A stretch of DNA of 64,000 bases from Alphaproteobacteria bacterium (GTDB taxonomy: Bacteria; Pseudomonadota; Alphaproteobacteria; UBA2966). A program made the translations under genes and the position numbers. The stretch spans positions 96,001 to 160,000 of the forward strand of contig OZ219858.1 in assembly GCA_964291395.2 (NCBI GenBank). Reading direction: 5' to 3'. Under the pieces are notes generated by a model. That model made no database searches. It saw only the letters and a program-made list of their open reading frames with translations, and was not told the origin of the DNA. Of this stretch, positions 44,036 through 54,343 are shown one piece after another; position 1 is the stretch's first letter; every line of letters starts with the position of its first letter.

Positions 44036-45322
44036 CTAGAAGTTCCGTTTCAGCCATCGACCGATTCGCGCCAGACCCCGGCGCGAGTCTTGCGATGGGT
44101 CATCAAACGATCGAAGCGGTTCGGCGTATCCATGCGCACCGCACATCAGAAGGCCGGCGCACGTGGCAAACGCAGGTCCACCGGTCGCTTCGGCCAATCC
44201 TCGGATCGCGACCGGCCGGCCGATGCGAACCTGTTTGTCCAACACACGAGACGCCAGCTCTCTCACGCCATGGAGTTGGCTGGCGCCGCCGGTCAATACC
44301 AGTCGCCTCCCGGAAACGCGGTTCGTTCCCGAAAATTCCAGGCGATCACGAACCATTTCCAGCGTCTCTTCCAGGCGGGGCTGGATGATCCCCGTCAGAA
44401 CCGAACGGGGAATGTGGTTGGCTGCAGCCCGATCCAACTCACCGACCTGCGGCACGTCGATCATGTCGCGTTCGTCGGACGGGCTCGGCGTCGCATTCCC
44501 GAAGAGCGTCTTCATTCGTTCGGCTTGCGCCACGGGTGTGGACAGGCCCCGGGCGATGTCGTTGGTGACGTGCTGGCCGCCGAGCGGCACGATATCCGCG
44601 AACACCAGATTTCCTTCGGTGAACACCGCGATGGACGTGGTTCCGCCCCCCATATCCATCAGGGTCACGCCGAGAGTCCGCTCATCATCGACCAGACTGG
44701 AAAGGCCGGCGGCATACCCGGACAAAACCAGTCCCTCGAGTTCCAGCATGGCGCGCTCGACGCAGATTTGAACGTTGCGGAGCGGACCTACCGCTGCCGT
44801 CACGATGTGCATATCGACTCCGAGCCGCGAGCCCACCATCCCTCGCGGCTCTCGAACGCCTCGCGTGCCGTCGATCGTGAAGGACCCCGGAATCGCGTGC
44901 ACGACCTCGCGCTCTCCAGGCTCGGTCCGCGTCATCCCTTGACGCAACACGTGCTGAAGGTCCGTGTCTTCGATCTCATGGCCGGAGACAGGTACCTCGA
45001 CGCCAACGGTATGCGACTCCGGATCGCCGCAGGACAGATTGACGAAAACCCGCTTGACGGTCTCGCCCGCCATGCGTTCCGCCGCGTCCACCGCGCCCCG
45101 GATGGCAGTCTCGGTGGCTTCAAGATCGGTCACCGTCCCGCCTCGGAGACCCCGAGATACCTGATGACCGATGCCAATGACACGTATGCCATCCTGCGGG
45201 CCGACCCTGGCGACGAAACAGCAGACCTTCGTGGTCCCGATATCCAGCGCAGCGATCAATCCACTTCGCGTCATGCGCGTGGCGCCGGAGGCCTGAACGG
45301 GCAGCAGCATGTTCATGCTCAC
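44036..45322 (-). CDS. ftsA: Cell division protein FtsA
   Basis: LDIGTTKV, DMGGGTT, GGQHVTNDI, LTGGASQL, C-terminal amphipathic WLKRNF. Confidence 0.96.
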   Translation of the reverse strand: MSMNMLLPVQASGATRMTRSGLIAALDIGTTKVCCFVARVGPQDGIRVIGIGHQVSRGLRGGTVTDLEATETAIRGAVDAAERMAGETVKRVFVNLSCGDPESHTVGVEVPVSGHEIEDTDLQHVLRQGMTRTEPGEREVVHAIPGSFTIDGTRGVREPRGMVGSRLGVDMHIVTAAVGPLRNVQICVERAMLELEGLVLSGYAAGLSSLVDDERTLGVTLMDMGGGTTSIAVFTEGNLVFADIVPLGGQHVTNDIARGLSTPVAQAERMKTLFGNATPSPSDERDMIDVPQVGELDRAAANHIPRSVLTGIIQPRLEETLEMVRDRLEFSGTNRVSGRRLVLTGGASQLHGVRELASRVLDKQVRIGRPVAIRGLAEATGGPAFATCAGLLMCGAHGYAEPLRSFDDPSQDSRRGLARIGRWLKRNF

Positions 45323-46215
45323 GTACTCCGCCCTTCGCCTCGACGCTTGACGGCGCTGGCTGATCCCAGTCTCACGGCGAGACGGTCCTTCACGCGCAGA
45401 TCGACGGCGATGACATCCCGCTCGAGAAGGCGATGCTCCGTTGCCAGCGCGGCCAGCAAATCCCAGGCCTCGGCCACATCCTCTTCCGGCAATCGAACGG
45501 TGGGACCTCCCTGCAGCCGAATATCCCAGCGCCGTTCGGAAACACGCGTTGCGGACTCGATTCGACCGAACAATGCGGGTTGCCGCGCCAACACGGCGAC
45601 TAGGTCGCCGACATGCCGAGGCGCGTCCTCGCCCACCACGATCGGCAACCGGTTGAACTGCTCTAGATCCCGGGAACTGATCAGTTCCCCGTCGCGATCA
45701 ACGAGCGAGACGCGGCCTTTTCGCTGCCACAAGGCAAATGGGCGGCGCTCGACGATGCTGACCAGGACCGCGTGGGGAAACTGCCGACGCACGGAAGCTG
45801 ACCTCACCCAGCCCAAGGCCTCGATGCGCTCGCGTGCCTCCCGGGGATCCAGATCGGACAACGGATCCCCCTGTCGCACGCCCAGCGCGGCAGCGATATC
45901 CTCATTGGCGGTATGACGGCGCCCCGTGACGACAATCTCGCGAACCGTCAATCCATTCCACGGGATCAGGCGGCGAACTTCCGTCTCGACGCTCGCAGCG
46001 AGGTCCTCGACGGTTCCGCTCCGATACAGCCAATGAAGACCGAGAGCGAGCGGGAAAGCCACCAAGCCAAAGACCGCTACGCGTTTCAGCCTCTTGAGCA
46101 CGATGATCCGTGCGGCACGACTGCGGCGTCCCGTGGGACGGTTCCGCGACGGTCGTGGCGCACCGGAGGTCCTCATCCGGCTACGAGGGGTGGCGCTTGA
46201 ATCGCTGAGCGTCAT
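45319..46215 (-). CDS. ftsQ: Cell division protein FtsQ
   Basis: TM plus POTRA domain, WV..ASVRR.FP, ERRPFALWQ, RRWD, VDLR; ATGA overlap with ddl. Confidence 0.92.
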   Translation of the reverse strand: MTLSDSSATPRSRMRTSGAPRPSRNRPTGRRSRAARIIVLKRLKRVAVFGLVAFPLALGLHWLYRSGTVEDLAASVETEVRRLIPWNGLTVREIVVTGRRHTANEDIAAALGVRQGDPLSDLDPREARERIEALGWVRSASVRRQFPHAVLVSIVERRPFALWQRKGRVSLVDRDGELISSRDLEQFNRLPIVVGEDAPRHVGDLVAVLARQPALFGRIESATRVSERRWDIRLQGGPTVRLPEEDVAEAWDLLAALATEHRLLERDVIAVDLRVKDRLAVRLGSASAVKRRGEGRST

Positions 46216-47126
46216 CGTTCGCATCCCGCGCCCTGAACCAGATGTCGCACGAGTTCAGAGAAAGGAATTCCGGCATGGGCCGCGATCTCCGGCACCAGAG
46301 ACAGCGGAGTCATCCCGGGCTGGGTGTTCACCTCGAGCATGTAGAAGCGGGCCTGGCCGTTGACCGTGTCGTCGTAGCGCAAATCGGACCGTGTGACGCC
46401 GCGGCACCCCAGGGTCCGGTGCGCCAGCACGGCGAGCCGCAGGCTCTCCTGATAGTCGGCTTCGGGAATGTCGGCGGGCATGATGTGTTCGGCCCATCCG
46501 TCCGTGTACTTGGCTTCGTAGTCGTAGAATCTCTTTTTCGGACGTATCTCGATGGCGCCAAGGGCTTCATCATCCATGACGGCCACATGTATCTCGCGGC
46601 CCGGGATATATCTCTCGATCAGCACGTGGTCGCCGTAGGCCCAATTCGAGTCGTCGAGCGGCGGCATATTGTCGCCCTCGAAGACGAGACGCACGCCGAC
46701 GCTGGATCCTTCGTTGGTCGGCTTCAGGACGTAAGGTGGATCGAAGACCGTACCTTCCCGCACCTCGTCCCGGTGCACGACCTTTCCTTCCGGACACGGA
46801 ATGGAGACGGCCTCGAACATCCGCCGAGCGCGCGGCTTGTCCATGGCAAGGGCCGAGGCGAGAACGCCGGAATGCGTGTAGGGGATCTTGAGGACTTCGA
46901 GCATGCCCTGGATGCAGCCGTCCTCGCCGAATCGTCCATGGAGCGCATTGAACGCGACGTCCGGCTTGAGACCCGAAAGTACACCGAAGATGTCCGGTCC
47001 GACGTCGATGGGGGTGACGCGATGGCCCTCGCCTTTCAGCGCGGCGATTACCGCCTTTCCCGTAACGAGCGATACCTCGCGCTCCGCCGACCAGCCACCC
47101 ATGAGAACCGCGATGTGCCTGCTCAT
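46212..47126 (-). CDS. ddl: D-alanine--D-alanine ligase
   Basis: GGWSAEREVSL, LHGRFGEDG, EGSSVG, FYDYEAKY, EVNTQPGMT; ATGA overlap with murB. Confidence 0.96.
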   Translation of the reverse strand: MSRHIAVLMGGWSAEREVSLVTGKAVIAALKGEGHRVTPIDVGPDIFGVLSGLKPDVAFNALHGRFGEDGCIQGMLEVLKIPYTHSGVLASALAMDKPRARRMFEAVSIPCPEGKVVHRDEVREGTVFDPPYVLKPTNEGSSVGVRLVFEGDNMPPLDDSNWAYGDHVLIERYIPGREIHVAVMDDEALGAIEIRPKKRFYDYEAKYTDGWAEHIMPADIPEADYQESLRLAVLAHRTLGCRGVTRSDLRYDDTVNGQARFYMLEVNTQPGMTPLSLVPEIAAHAGIPFSELVRHLVQGAGCER

Positions 47127-48103
47127 GACAGGTCGTCCCGTTCCGTCGAGGCCTGCGCGGAAACCGTCCGGCCGTGTTTGCCGATGCGCCGGATCTCCCA
47201 ACGCAGGACGACACCGGACGTCTCGGCTACCCGCCGTCGAACCTCCTCCCCCAAAGCCTCCAGATCGGCGGCAGTGGCGGACCCGTTGTTGATGAGGAAG
47301 TTGCAATGCAGGTTTGAGACGATGGCGTCACCGCGCCGAAGACCCCTGCATCCGGCCTGGTCGATCAACTCCCACGCCTTGGCGCCGGCAGCCTCCGGCC
47401 CAACCGGATTGGCGAAAGTGCTTCCGCCGGTCTTCGAGCGGATGGGCTGACTGTCCGCTCGCGCAGCCTGAACCGAGGCCATGCCCGCCTCGATGCCTTC
47501 GGATGAACCTTTGCTTCCCCGGAGCGTCGCAGACACGAATATCCAGGCTTCCGGGACGGCGCACGCCCGATAGCCGAGGCCCAGTTCCGGCCTCTTCAAA
47601 ACGTGACGGTTGCCCTGGGGATCGACGGCCTCGGCAGAGACGATGACGTCCTGCAGTTCGCGTCCGTAGGCGCCGGCATTCATCCTGACGGCACCACCGA
47701 TCGTTCCCGGAATGCCGCTCAGAAACTCCAAACCTGAGAGATTCGCGGCCGCGGCTGCGCGGGCTACGCTGACGTCCATCGCCGCCCCGCCGGCGATGAT
47801 CTGATCGTCTTCGACGCGGATCCCGGCGAGCGACTTGCCAAGACGGACGACGACGCCGTCGACACCGCCGTCACGGATAAGAACGTTCGTCCCCGCGCCC
47901 AGGACGGTGACGGGAACTTCGGCGGGCTTCGCCTTCAGAAATTCGATCAGATCGTCGAGATCCTGCGGCCGGAACAAGACTTCGGCGGAACCACCCACCC
48001 GAAACCACGTTCCCTTGGCGAGCGGAACATTCGTCCGGAGCTCTCCGCGCGGCATCGGCAGTCGATCGAGAAGGCGGCGGAGTCGGAGTGCGGAGGCGGC
48101 CAT
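47123..48103 (-). CDS. murB: UDP-N-acetylmuramate dehydrogenase
   Basis: TWFRVGG, G.GTNVL, GIPGTIGGAVRMNAGA, GSTFANP, HCNFLIN; TAATG overlap with murC. Confidence 0.95.
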   Translation of the reverse strand: MAASALRLRRLLDRLPMPRGELRTNVPLAKGTWFRVGGSAEVLFRPQDLDDLIEFLKAKPAEVPVTVLGAGTNVLIRDGGVDGVVVRLGKSLAGIRVEDDQIIAGGAAMDVSVARAAAAANLSGLEFLSGIPGTIGGAVRMNAGAYGRELQDVIVSAEAVDPQGNRHVLKRPELGLGYRACAVPEAWIFVSATLRGSKGSSEGIEAGMASVQAARADSQPIRSKTGGSTFANPVGPEAAGAKAWELIDQAGCRGLRRGDAIVSNLHCNFLINNGSATAADLEALGEEVRRRVAETSGVVLRWEIRRIGKHGRTVSAQASTERDDLS

Positions 48104-49542
48104 TATCCCGTACCCTGCCTGAGCCGGGATCGCCGCATCAGAACATCGGCCAATTGCCCCGGCAATTCGTTCGCCCACGCCGTGATGTTTCCGGCACCCA
48201 GACAGACCACATAGTCGCCAGGCTGAGCGTGTTCTGCGAGGAGCGCAGCCAATCGATCGGGGTCTTCAAGGGCGACCACATGCCGATGACCGTGTTTGCG
48301 CAATCCGGACACGAGAGTGTCGCGATCGACACCGGGAATCGGCTGTTCGCCTGCCGCGTAGACGTCCGCCACGATGATCGTGTCCGCGTCGTGGAAACAG
48401 CCGCAGAACTCCTCGAACAGGTCATGCAACCGGGTGTACCGGTGGGGCTGGACGACCGCCACGATCCGGTGATCGCATGCCTTGCGGGCAGCCGCGAGAA
48501 CGGCGCTGATTTCGATCGGGTGGTGGCCGTAGTCGTCGATCACGGTGACACCGCCGGCCTCTCCTGTCTTGGTGAAGCGGCGTTTCACTCCGGTGAACTC
48601 GGACAGACCGCGCCGGATCGTGTCGGGCGCCATGCCCATCTCCCACGCTACGGCGACCGCGGCGAGGGCGTTCTGCACGTTGTGTTCCCCGAGCATTGGA
48701 AGTTCGAGTCGTTCGATGGCCGTCGATGTTGTTCCGTGGCGATCGCTGATGACCGCGTCGAATTGGGCGCCTTCCGATGAGAACGTCACGTTCGCCCCCC
48801 TGACATCGGCCTGAGGGCTGAGCCCGTAGGTGACGAGTCGGCGGTCGGAAATCCGTCCGATCATCGCCCGCACTTCCGGATGATCGATGCACAGGACCGA
48901 AAGCCCGTAGAACGGGATGTTTTCCACGAACGCCTGGAATGCCGCGCGCTCCGCCTCGAACGTCCCGTAGAAATCCATGTGTTCACGATCGATGTTGGTC
49001 ACGACCGCAATCGTCGCGGGAAGTTTGACGAACGTGCCGTCGGACTCATCCGCCTCGACGACCATCCACTCCCCCTCGCCGAGGCGAGCGTTTGCACCGT
49101 AGGCGTTTATGACCCCGCCGTTGATCACGGTTGGGTCGTAGTCGGCGGCATCGAGAAGCGCCGCGACGAGGGATGTCGTGGTCGTCTTGCCGTGGGTGCC
49201 GCCGACTGCGATCGACCACTTCAGCCTCATGAGCTCGGCGAGCATTTCAGCGCGGCGGACGACGGGCACCAGTCTTTCGCGGGCCGCCACGATTTCGGGG
49301 TTGTCCGGCTTGACCGCGGATGAAACGACAACCACCGCGGCGTCATCGACGTTCGACGCATCGTGGCCCAACACGACGCTGATCCCTTTGTCACGCAGCC
49401 ATTGGACGCTGGCGTTTTCGGCAATATCGCTGCCCTGAACCCGGTAGTTGAGATTGTGCATCACTTCCGCGATGCCACTCATGCCGATGCCGCCGATGCC
49501 CACGAAATGGATCAGGCCGATATCGAGAGGAAGGGATCTCAT
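48103..49542 (-). CDS. murC: UDP-N-acetylmuramate--L-alanine ligase
   Basis: [40 protein letters not shown]; ATGA overlap with murG. Confidence 0.96.
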   Translation of the reverse strand: MRSLPLDIGLIHFVGIGGIGMSGIAEVMHNLNYRVQGSDIAENASVQWLRDKGISVVLGHDASNVDDAAVVVVSSAVKPDNPEIVAARERLVPVVRRAEMLAELMRLKWSIAVGGTHGKTTTTSLVAALLDAADYDPTVINGGVINAYGANARLGEGEWMVVEADESDGTFVKLPATIAVVTNIDREHMDFYGTFEAERAAFQAFVENIPFYGLSVLCIDHPEVRAMIGRISDRRLVTYGLSPQADVRGANVTFSSEGAQFDAVISDRHGTTSTAIERLELPMLGEHNVQNALAAVAVAWEMGMAPDTIRRGLSEFTGVKRRFTKTGEAGGVTVIDDYGHHPIEISAVLAAARKACDHRIVAVVQPHRYTRLHDLFEEFCGCFHDADTIIVADVYAAGEQPIPGVDRDTLVSGLRKHGHRHVVALEDPDRLAALLAEHAQPGDYVVCLGAGNITAWANELPGQLADVLMRRSRLRQGTG

Positions 49543-50690
49543 GCGGCTTCCTCCCGAGGATGGTCGTTGGCGACGCGGTGGCCCCGGTTGCCGTTGGGCG
49601 ACACCATCCGGCAGACGACGTCCGCCAGTTCCTGGGCCGCGCTTGGGCGACCTAGACCACGGGCTTTCCGAGCCACGTCGGCGAGATACGGCGGATTTTC
49701 GAACAGCGCTTCGAGGGTTCCCGCGAGTGTACGCGGCGACAACCGACTCTCCGGCATCAACCACGCCGCACCTTCATCCGCCAAAGCCTGGGCATTGGCG
49801 GTCTGGTGATCATCGACGGCGTGGGGATAGGGGACGAGAATTCCCGGCCGTCCCGCCACGGTCAATTCACTGATCGTTGAAGCGCCGGCCCGCGCAATCA
49901 CGGCGTGGGCGACGGCCAGCCGGGCGGGCAAGTCGGCGAAAAACGTGGACAGGTCTGCAACGATGCCGGCTGCGGCATAGGCGTTTCTGACGCGCTCCAG
50001 ATCCTCCAAGCGGCACTGTTGCGCCACTCGAAGGCGTGCCCGGTACTGTTCGGGCAGCGCGGCCAAGGCCTGGGGTATGGTGTCGGAAAACACGGCTGCA
50101 CCCTGGCTGCCGCCGAAGACCAGCAATTCAAACGGTGCGGTCTCATCCGGGATCGTGTACGGAATTGCTCGAACCGCCGCGACCGCGTCGCGGACCGGAT
50201 TTCCGATCACCGTGACGCGCGGGAAGGCGCCCGGGCTCAATTGCCGGGTGTTCAGATAGGCCACGGCGATCGAGTCGACCCGTGAGGCGAGCAGTCGGTT
50301 GACCCGACCGAGAACAGCGTTCTGTTCATGGATCATCGTCCGCATGCCGCTGTACGTTGCAGCCAACATCGGGGGCAGAGAGGGATATCCGCCGAAGCCG
50401 ACAACGACGGCCGGGTTGATCTCCTTGAGAATGCGCCGTGCCTCCCAGAAACCCGCCGCGATATTGGCGAACCCCTTCGCTTTCCCTAGGACCGTTTGAC
50501 CTGTGAACGTTCCGGCTCGGACGGTGTGAAGGTCGACTCGGAGATCGAAGACGGATTGGGCAGCGCCGCGCTCGTCGGTCATGAGGATGGGACGCTGATC
50601 CCGGAGCAGCAGTTCGTCCGCAAGCGCTTGCGCCGGGAACATATGACCGCCGGTTCCTCCGGTCGCCAAAACGATGGCCTGCCCGCTCAT
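49539..50690 (-). CDS. murG: Lipid I N-acetylglucosaminyltransferase
   Basis: GGTGGH.FPA, GFGGY, HEQN, GNPVR, GGSQGA, RAGAST, HQTANA. Confidence 0.96.
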   Translation of the reverse strand: MSGQAIVLATGGTGGHMFPAQALADELLLRDQRPILMTDERGAAQSVFDLRVDLHTVRAGTFTGQTVLGKAKGFANIAAGFWEARRILKEINPAVVVGFGGYPSLPPMLAATYSGMRTMIHEQNAVLGRVNRLLASRVDSIAVAYLNTRQLSPGAFPRVTVIGNPVRDAVAAVRAIPYTIPDETAPFELLVFGGSQGAAVFSDTIPQALAALPEQYRARLRVAQQCRLEDLERVRNAYAAAGIVADLSTFFADLPARLAVAHAVIARAGASTISELTVAGRPGILVPYPHAVDDHQTANAQALADEGAAWLMPESRLSPRTLAGTLEALFENPPYLADVARKARGLGRPSAAQELADVVCRMVSPNGNRGHRVANDHPREEAA

Positions 50691-51811
50691 ACTGCGAGCC
50701 CCCGCCCGCCGTGGCGCCGAGTCAAAGCGAGCACCATTCCCATGGTCAGGGCCAGCGCGAACAGCGAGGATCCACCGTACGAGATGAAGGGCAGGGTCAT
50801 TCCCTTCGCCGGGAGGAGCCTCGTGTTGACGCCCATGTTCACGATGGCCTGGGCACCGAATTGCACGAGAAGACCGCCCGTTGCCAGCAGAATGAAAACG
50901 TTCCGTTCCTGAAGCATCCGATAGAAACCGCGCAAGACGACGAAGGCGAACACGGCGACGATGGTCAACCCGGCGAAGAGCCCGAACTCCTCCCCGACAA
51001 CCGCGAAGATGAAGTCGCTGTGCGCATCCGGCAGGACCAGCTTGACGACCCCCTCACCAGGCCCTCTGCCCAACACGCCACCGTTCACAAAGGCCTCGAT
51101 CGACTTGTCGACCTGATAGGAATCACCACTGGTGGGATCCAAAAAGCGGTCGATACGGCTGGCCACGTGCGGCAGCAACATGTAGGCCAGAGACACGCCG
51201 CCGAGACCGATCACGACCAACACGGCAACCCAGGTCATCGGCATGCCGCCCATGAACAGCTGCGCAAAAAAGACCGTTCCAACGACGACGGCCATTCCGA
51301 AATCCGGCTGTGCGACGAGAAACGCCAGCACCGCTAACAGCAGCCCGCCGGCGATGCTGTAGCCGGGAAACTCCTCGTTCTTCTGCCGTTCAGCGATAAT
51401 CCAGGCCGTGACGACCGCCAGCGTCGGCTTCACGAATTCCGACGGCTGCATAACCAGCGGGCCCAGCCTGATCCAGCGGGTGGCCCCGTTGACTTCATGC
51501 CCGACCACCATCGTCGCCAAGAGGCCGAGCAGGGCGAGCAGCAATCCCGCCATGGCGACACGGCGAACGGCCAAAGGGGAGAGCAGCGATACGACGATCA
51601 TGACGGCGAGGGCGGGAATCAGAAAGATGAGCTGCCGGCGAACGAAATGGAACGACTCGAGGCCCAAGCGTTCAGCGACCGCCGGGCTCGCCGCCATCAC
51701 CATGAGGATGCCGATAACGGAAAGCGCGAAGAGCGCCACCAGCATCCAGCGATCAACCGTCCACCACCACCGGCCGATGATCGACGTGTCGGCGCGCGTG
51801 GGAGGGATCAT
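50687..51811 (-). CDS. ftsW: SEDS peptidoglycan glycosyltransferase FtsW
   Basis: GATRW, QPSEF.K, QPDFG, PDAHSDFIF, KGMTLPFISYGGSS. Confidence 0.96.
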   Translation of the reverse strand: MIPPTRADTSIIGRWWWTVDRWMLVALFALSVIGILMVMAASPAVAERLGLESFHFVRRQLIFLIPALAVMIVVSLLSPLAVRRVAMAGLLLALLGLLATMVVGHEVNGATRWIRLGPLVMQPSEFVKPTLAVVTAWIIAERQKNEEFPGYSIAGGLLLAVLAFLVAQPDFGMAVVVGTVFFAQLFMGGMPMTWVAVLVVIGLGGVSLAYMLLPHVASRIDRFLDPTSGDSYQVDKSIEAFVNGGVLGRGPGEGVVKLVLPDAHSDFIFAVVGEEFGLFAGLTIVAVFAFVVLRGFYRMLQERNVFILLATGGLLVQFGAQAIVNMGVNTRLLPAKGMTLPFISYGGSSLFALALTMGMVLALTRRHGGRGLAV

Positions 51812-53235
51812 TGCGCACCTCCGCCCGGCGGGCTCACGCCCTTGCTCTCATGGAGAGCCGCGAGGGCCTTCACCAGCTCCTTGAAGCGATTGCCGCGTTC
51901 CTCGAAATCGTTGAATTGATCGAAAGAGGCGCAAGCGGGAGAGAGCAGAACCACCGCATTCGACGCGCCCAGCACGAGGGCACGTGTATGAGCCTCGGGA
52001 ATGGCGGACTCCAGATCCCCGGAAATCGTAACCGGAATCCGGCCGTCGAGACGGGCCGCGAAGCTTTGCGCGGCCTCACCGATCAAGAACGCGTGAACGA
52101 TGTTCGGAAGGTGAGGATAAAGGGACTCGAGGCTCGTGTCCTTGGCTCGCCCGCCCGCTATCCACAGGATGTTCTCGTAGCAGGACAGCGCGCGGCGCGC
52201 GGCATCGATGTTCGTGGCCTTGGAGTCGTTGACGAAGCGCACGCCTGCGACGGTGCCCAGATCCTCCAGGCGGTGCTCGAGTCCGGAAAAGCTCAGCAGC
52301 GCATTCGCTGCGTCCGTTGACGAACACCCGAGACATCGTGCGACGGCGTAGGCGGCAGCCGCATTCTGCCAATTGTGTACACCCTTCAGATCGAGCGCCT
52401 GTCTGAGATCGGCGAGCGACACGGCGTCCGGCGACTCGTTGCGCCGGTCCAGAAGATGTCCATTCACCACGATGATGTCCGCGTCCGGCGCGCCACACGC
52501 GGAGACGGCGATCGTGTCGCCGCGTCCGGCCCGCTTGAGTCCGTCGTAGACCGCTCGGCTTTCCGCGTCGTCCATCCCGACGATCGCGATCTGGCCGTCG
52601 TGCTGGCGCTCGAGAAGCCGGCGTTTGGACGCGACGTAGCCGCGCATGCCCCCGTGTCGGTCCAAGTGATCGGGGCTGAGGTTGAGGAGCACGGCTACGT
52701 CGGCAGCCAGCGAAGGTGCGAGATCGATTTGGTAGGACGACATCTCGATCACGTAAGCGCCTTCGTCGGGCACCTTCGGGAGATCGAGAATTGGGACTCC
52801 GACGTTTCCACCCACGGCGACCGCCATGCCGCCGGCCTGGAGCAGATGTCCCGCCAGCACGGTCGTGGTGGACTTGCCGTTGGTTCCGGTAATCGCCGCG
52901 ATCTTTCCGGGCGGATTTTCGCGGGCAAACAGCTCGATGTCCCCAATGACGTCGCAGTCGGCGTCGCGGGCCGCGGTCACCAACGGATGCGGTGCGGGGT
53001 GATGAAGCGGTATACCCGGGCTGAGGACGAGCGCGGCGAAATCACGCCATCGGGCGGCATAAAGATCGGTCAGGGACAACTCGGCATTCGCGGCTTCGGA
53101 CCGTCGTGACTCGTTGTCGTCCCAGGCATGGACCCGCGCACCACCGGCCGTGAGAGCACGCGCGGCGGACAGACCGCTCCGCCCCAGACCGAGTACCGCG
53201 ACACGTTCGCCGGCGTATGAGGTCGCCTCCAGCAT
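51808..53235 (-). CDS. murD: UDP-MurNAc-L-Ala--D-glutamate ligase
   Basis: GLGRSG, SPGI, TGTNGKSTT, SSYQ, PDHLDRH, NDSKATN, LSPACASFDQF. Confidence 0.96.
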   Translation of the reverse strand: MLEATSYAGERVAVLGLGRSGLSAARALTAGGARVHAWDDNESRRSEAANAELSLTDLYAARWRDFAALVLSPGIPLHHPAPHPLVTAARDADCDVIGDIELFARENPPGKIAAITGTNGKSTTTVLAGHLLQAGGMAVAVGGNVGVPILDLPKVPDEGAYVIEMSSYQIDLAPSLAADVAVLLNLSPDHLDRHGGMRGYVASKRRLLERQHDGQIAIVGMDDAESRAVYDGLKRAGRGDTIAVSACGAPDADIIVVNGHLLDRRNESPDAVSLADLRQALDLKGVHNWQNAAAAYAVARCLGCSSTDAANALLSFSGLEHRLEDLGTVAGVRFVNDSKATNIDAARRALSCYENILWIAGGRAKDTSLESLYPHLPNIVHAFLIGEAAQSFAARLDGRIPVTISGDLESAIPEAHTRALVLGASNAVVLLSPACASFDQFNDFEERGNRFKELVKALAALHESKGVSPPGGGAQ

Positions 53236-53239
53236 CCGG

Positions 53240-54325
53240 TCACCTCAGCTTCAGTGTCGCCAGCCCGGCGAGGGCCAGAATGAAGGCGATGATCCAGAAC
53301 CGAATGACGATGGTCGGCTCGGCCCATCCCTTTTGCTCGAAATGGTGGTGAAGGGGGGCCATGCGGAAGACCCGGCGGCCGGTCAGCCGGAATGAGGCGA
53401 CCTGAACGATCACGGACACCGTTTCGAGAACGAACAACCCGCCGACGATGACCAGCACCAGCTCGTGTTTGGTAACGACGCTGACGGCCCCCAACGCGCC
53501 GCCCATCGCAAGACTTCCGGTATCCCCCATGAACACCATGGCCGGGGGCGCGTTGAACCAGAGGAATCCCAGCCCGGCCCCGACCAATGCACCGCAGAAT
53601 ACGGCGAGTTCGCCGGCACCGGGCACGGCGTGAAGCTGAAGGTAGTCCGAGAAGACCGCGTTGCCCACGATGTAGGTGATGAAGGCGAACGTACTTGCCG
53701 CGATGATGACCGGAACGATCGCGAGTCCGTCGAGTCCGTCCGTCAGGTTCACCGAGTTCGAAGCCCCGACCATGACCAGCACCGCAAAGGGTACGAAAAA
53801 CCAACTCAGATCGATCAGAACGTCCTTGAAGAAGGGAACGGCCAGGGCCGTGCTGAGGGGCTCCCGCGTCACATGCATGATCCAGAGGGTCGCAACCGAC
53901 GCGACCGCGATTTCCAGCAGGAGCTTCAGCCTCGCTGGAAGGCCCCGATGACTGTATCGACTCACCTTCAGGTAGTCGTCGGCAAACCCGACCGCGCCGA
54001 ACCCGATGGTCACGACAAGCGTTGCCCAGACGTAGTCGTTCCCCAGATCTGCCCAAAGCAATGTCCCGAACGCCAGCCCCAACAGGATCAGGAAGCCGCC
54101 CATTGTCGGCGTGCCCTGCTTGGAGATGAGATGCCGTTCCGGTCCATCGTCGCGGATGGGCTGGCCGTTGGTCTGTGTCGACTTGAGCCAGCCGATGACG
54201 ACGGGCCCGAGGATGAAGCTGACGAGCAACGCCGTCAGAACGGCACCGCCGGTTCGGAATGTGAGATATCGGAACAGGTTGAGCGGACCGAACTGATCTG
54301 CGTGTTGGGCGAGGAGATAGAGCAT
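53240..54325 (-). CDS. mraY: Phospho-N-acetylmuramoyl-pentapeptide transferase
   Basis: [35 protein letters not shown]. Confidence 0.97.
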   Translation of the reverse strand: MLYLLAQHADQFGPLNLFRYLTFRTGGAVLTALLVSFILGPVVIGWLKSTQTNGQPIRDDGPERHLISKQGTPTMGGFLILLGLAFGTLLWADLGNDYVWATLVVTIGFGAVGFADDYLKVSRYSHRGLPARLKLLLEIAVASVATLWIMHVTREPLSTALAVPFFKDVLIDLSWFFVPFAVLVMVGASNSVNLTDGLDGLAIVPVIIAASTFAFITYIVGNAVFSDYLQLHAVPGAGELAVFCGALVGAGLGFLWFNAPPAMVFMGDTGSLAMGGALGAVSVVTKHELVLVIVGGLFVLETVSVIVQVASFRLTGRRVFRMAPLHHHFEQKGWAEPTIVIRFWIIAFILALAGLATLKLR

Positions 54326-54343
54326 CGGACCGTCCGCGCCCTT

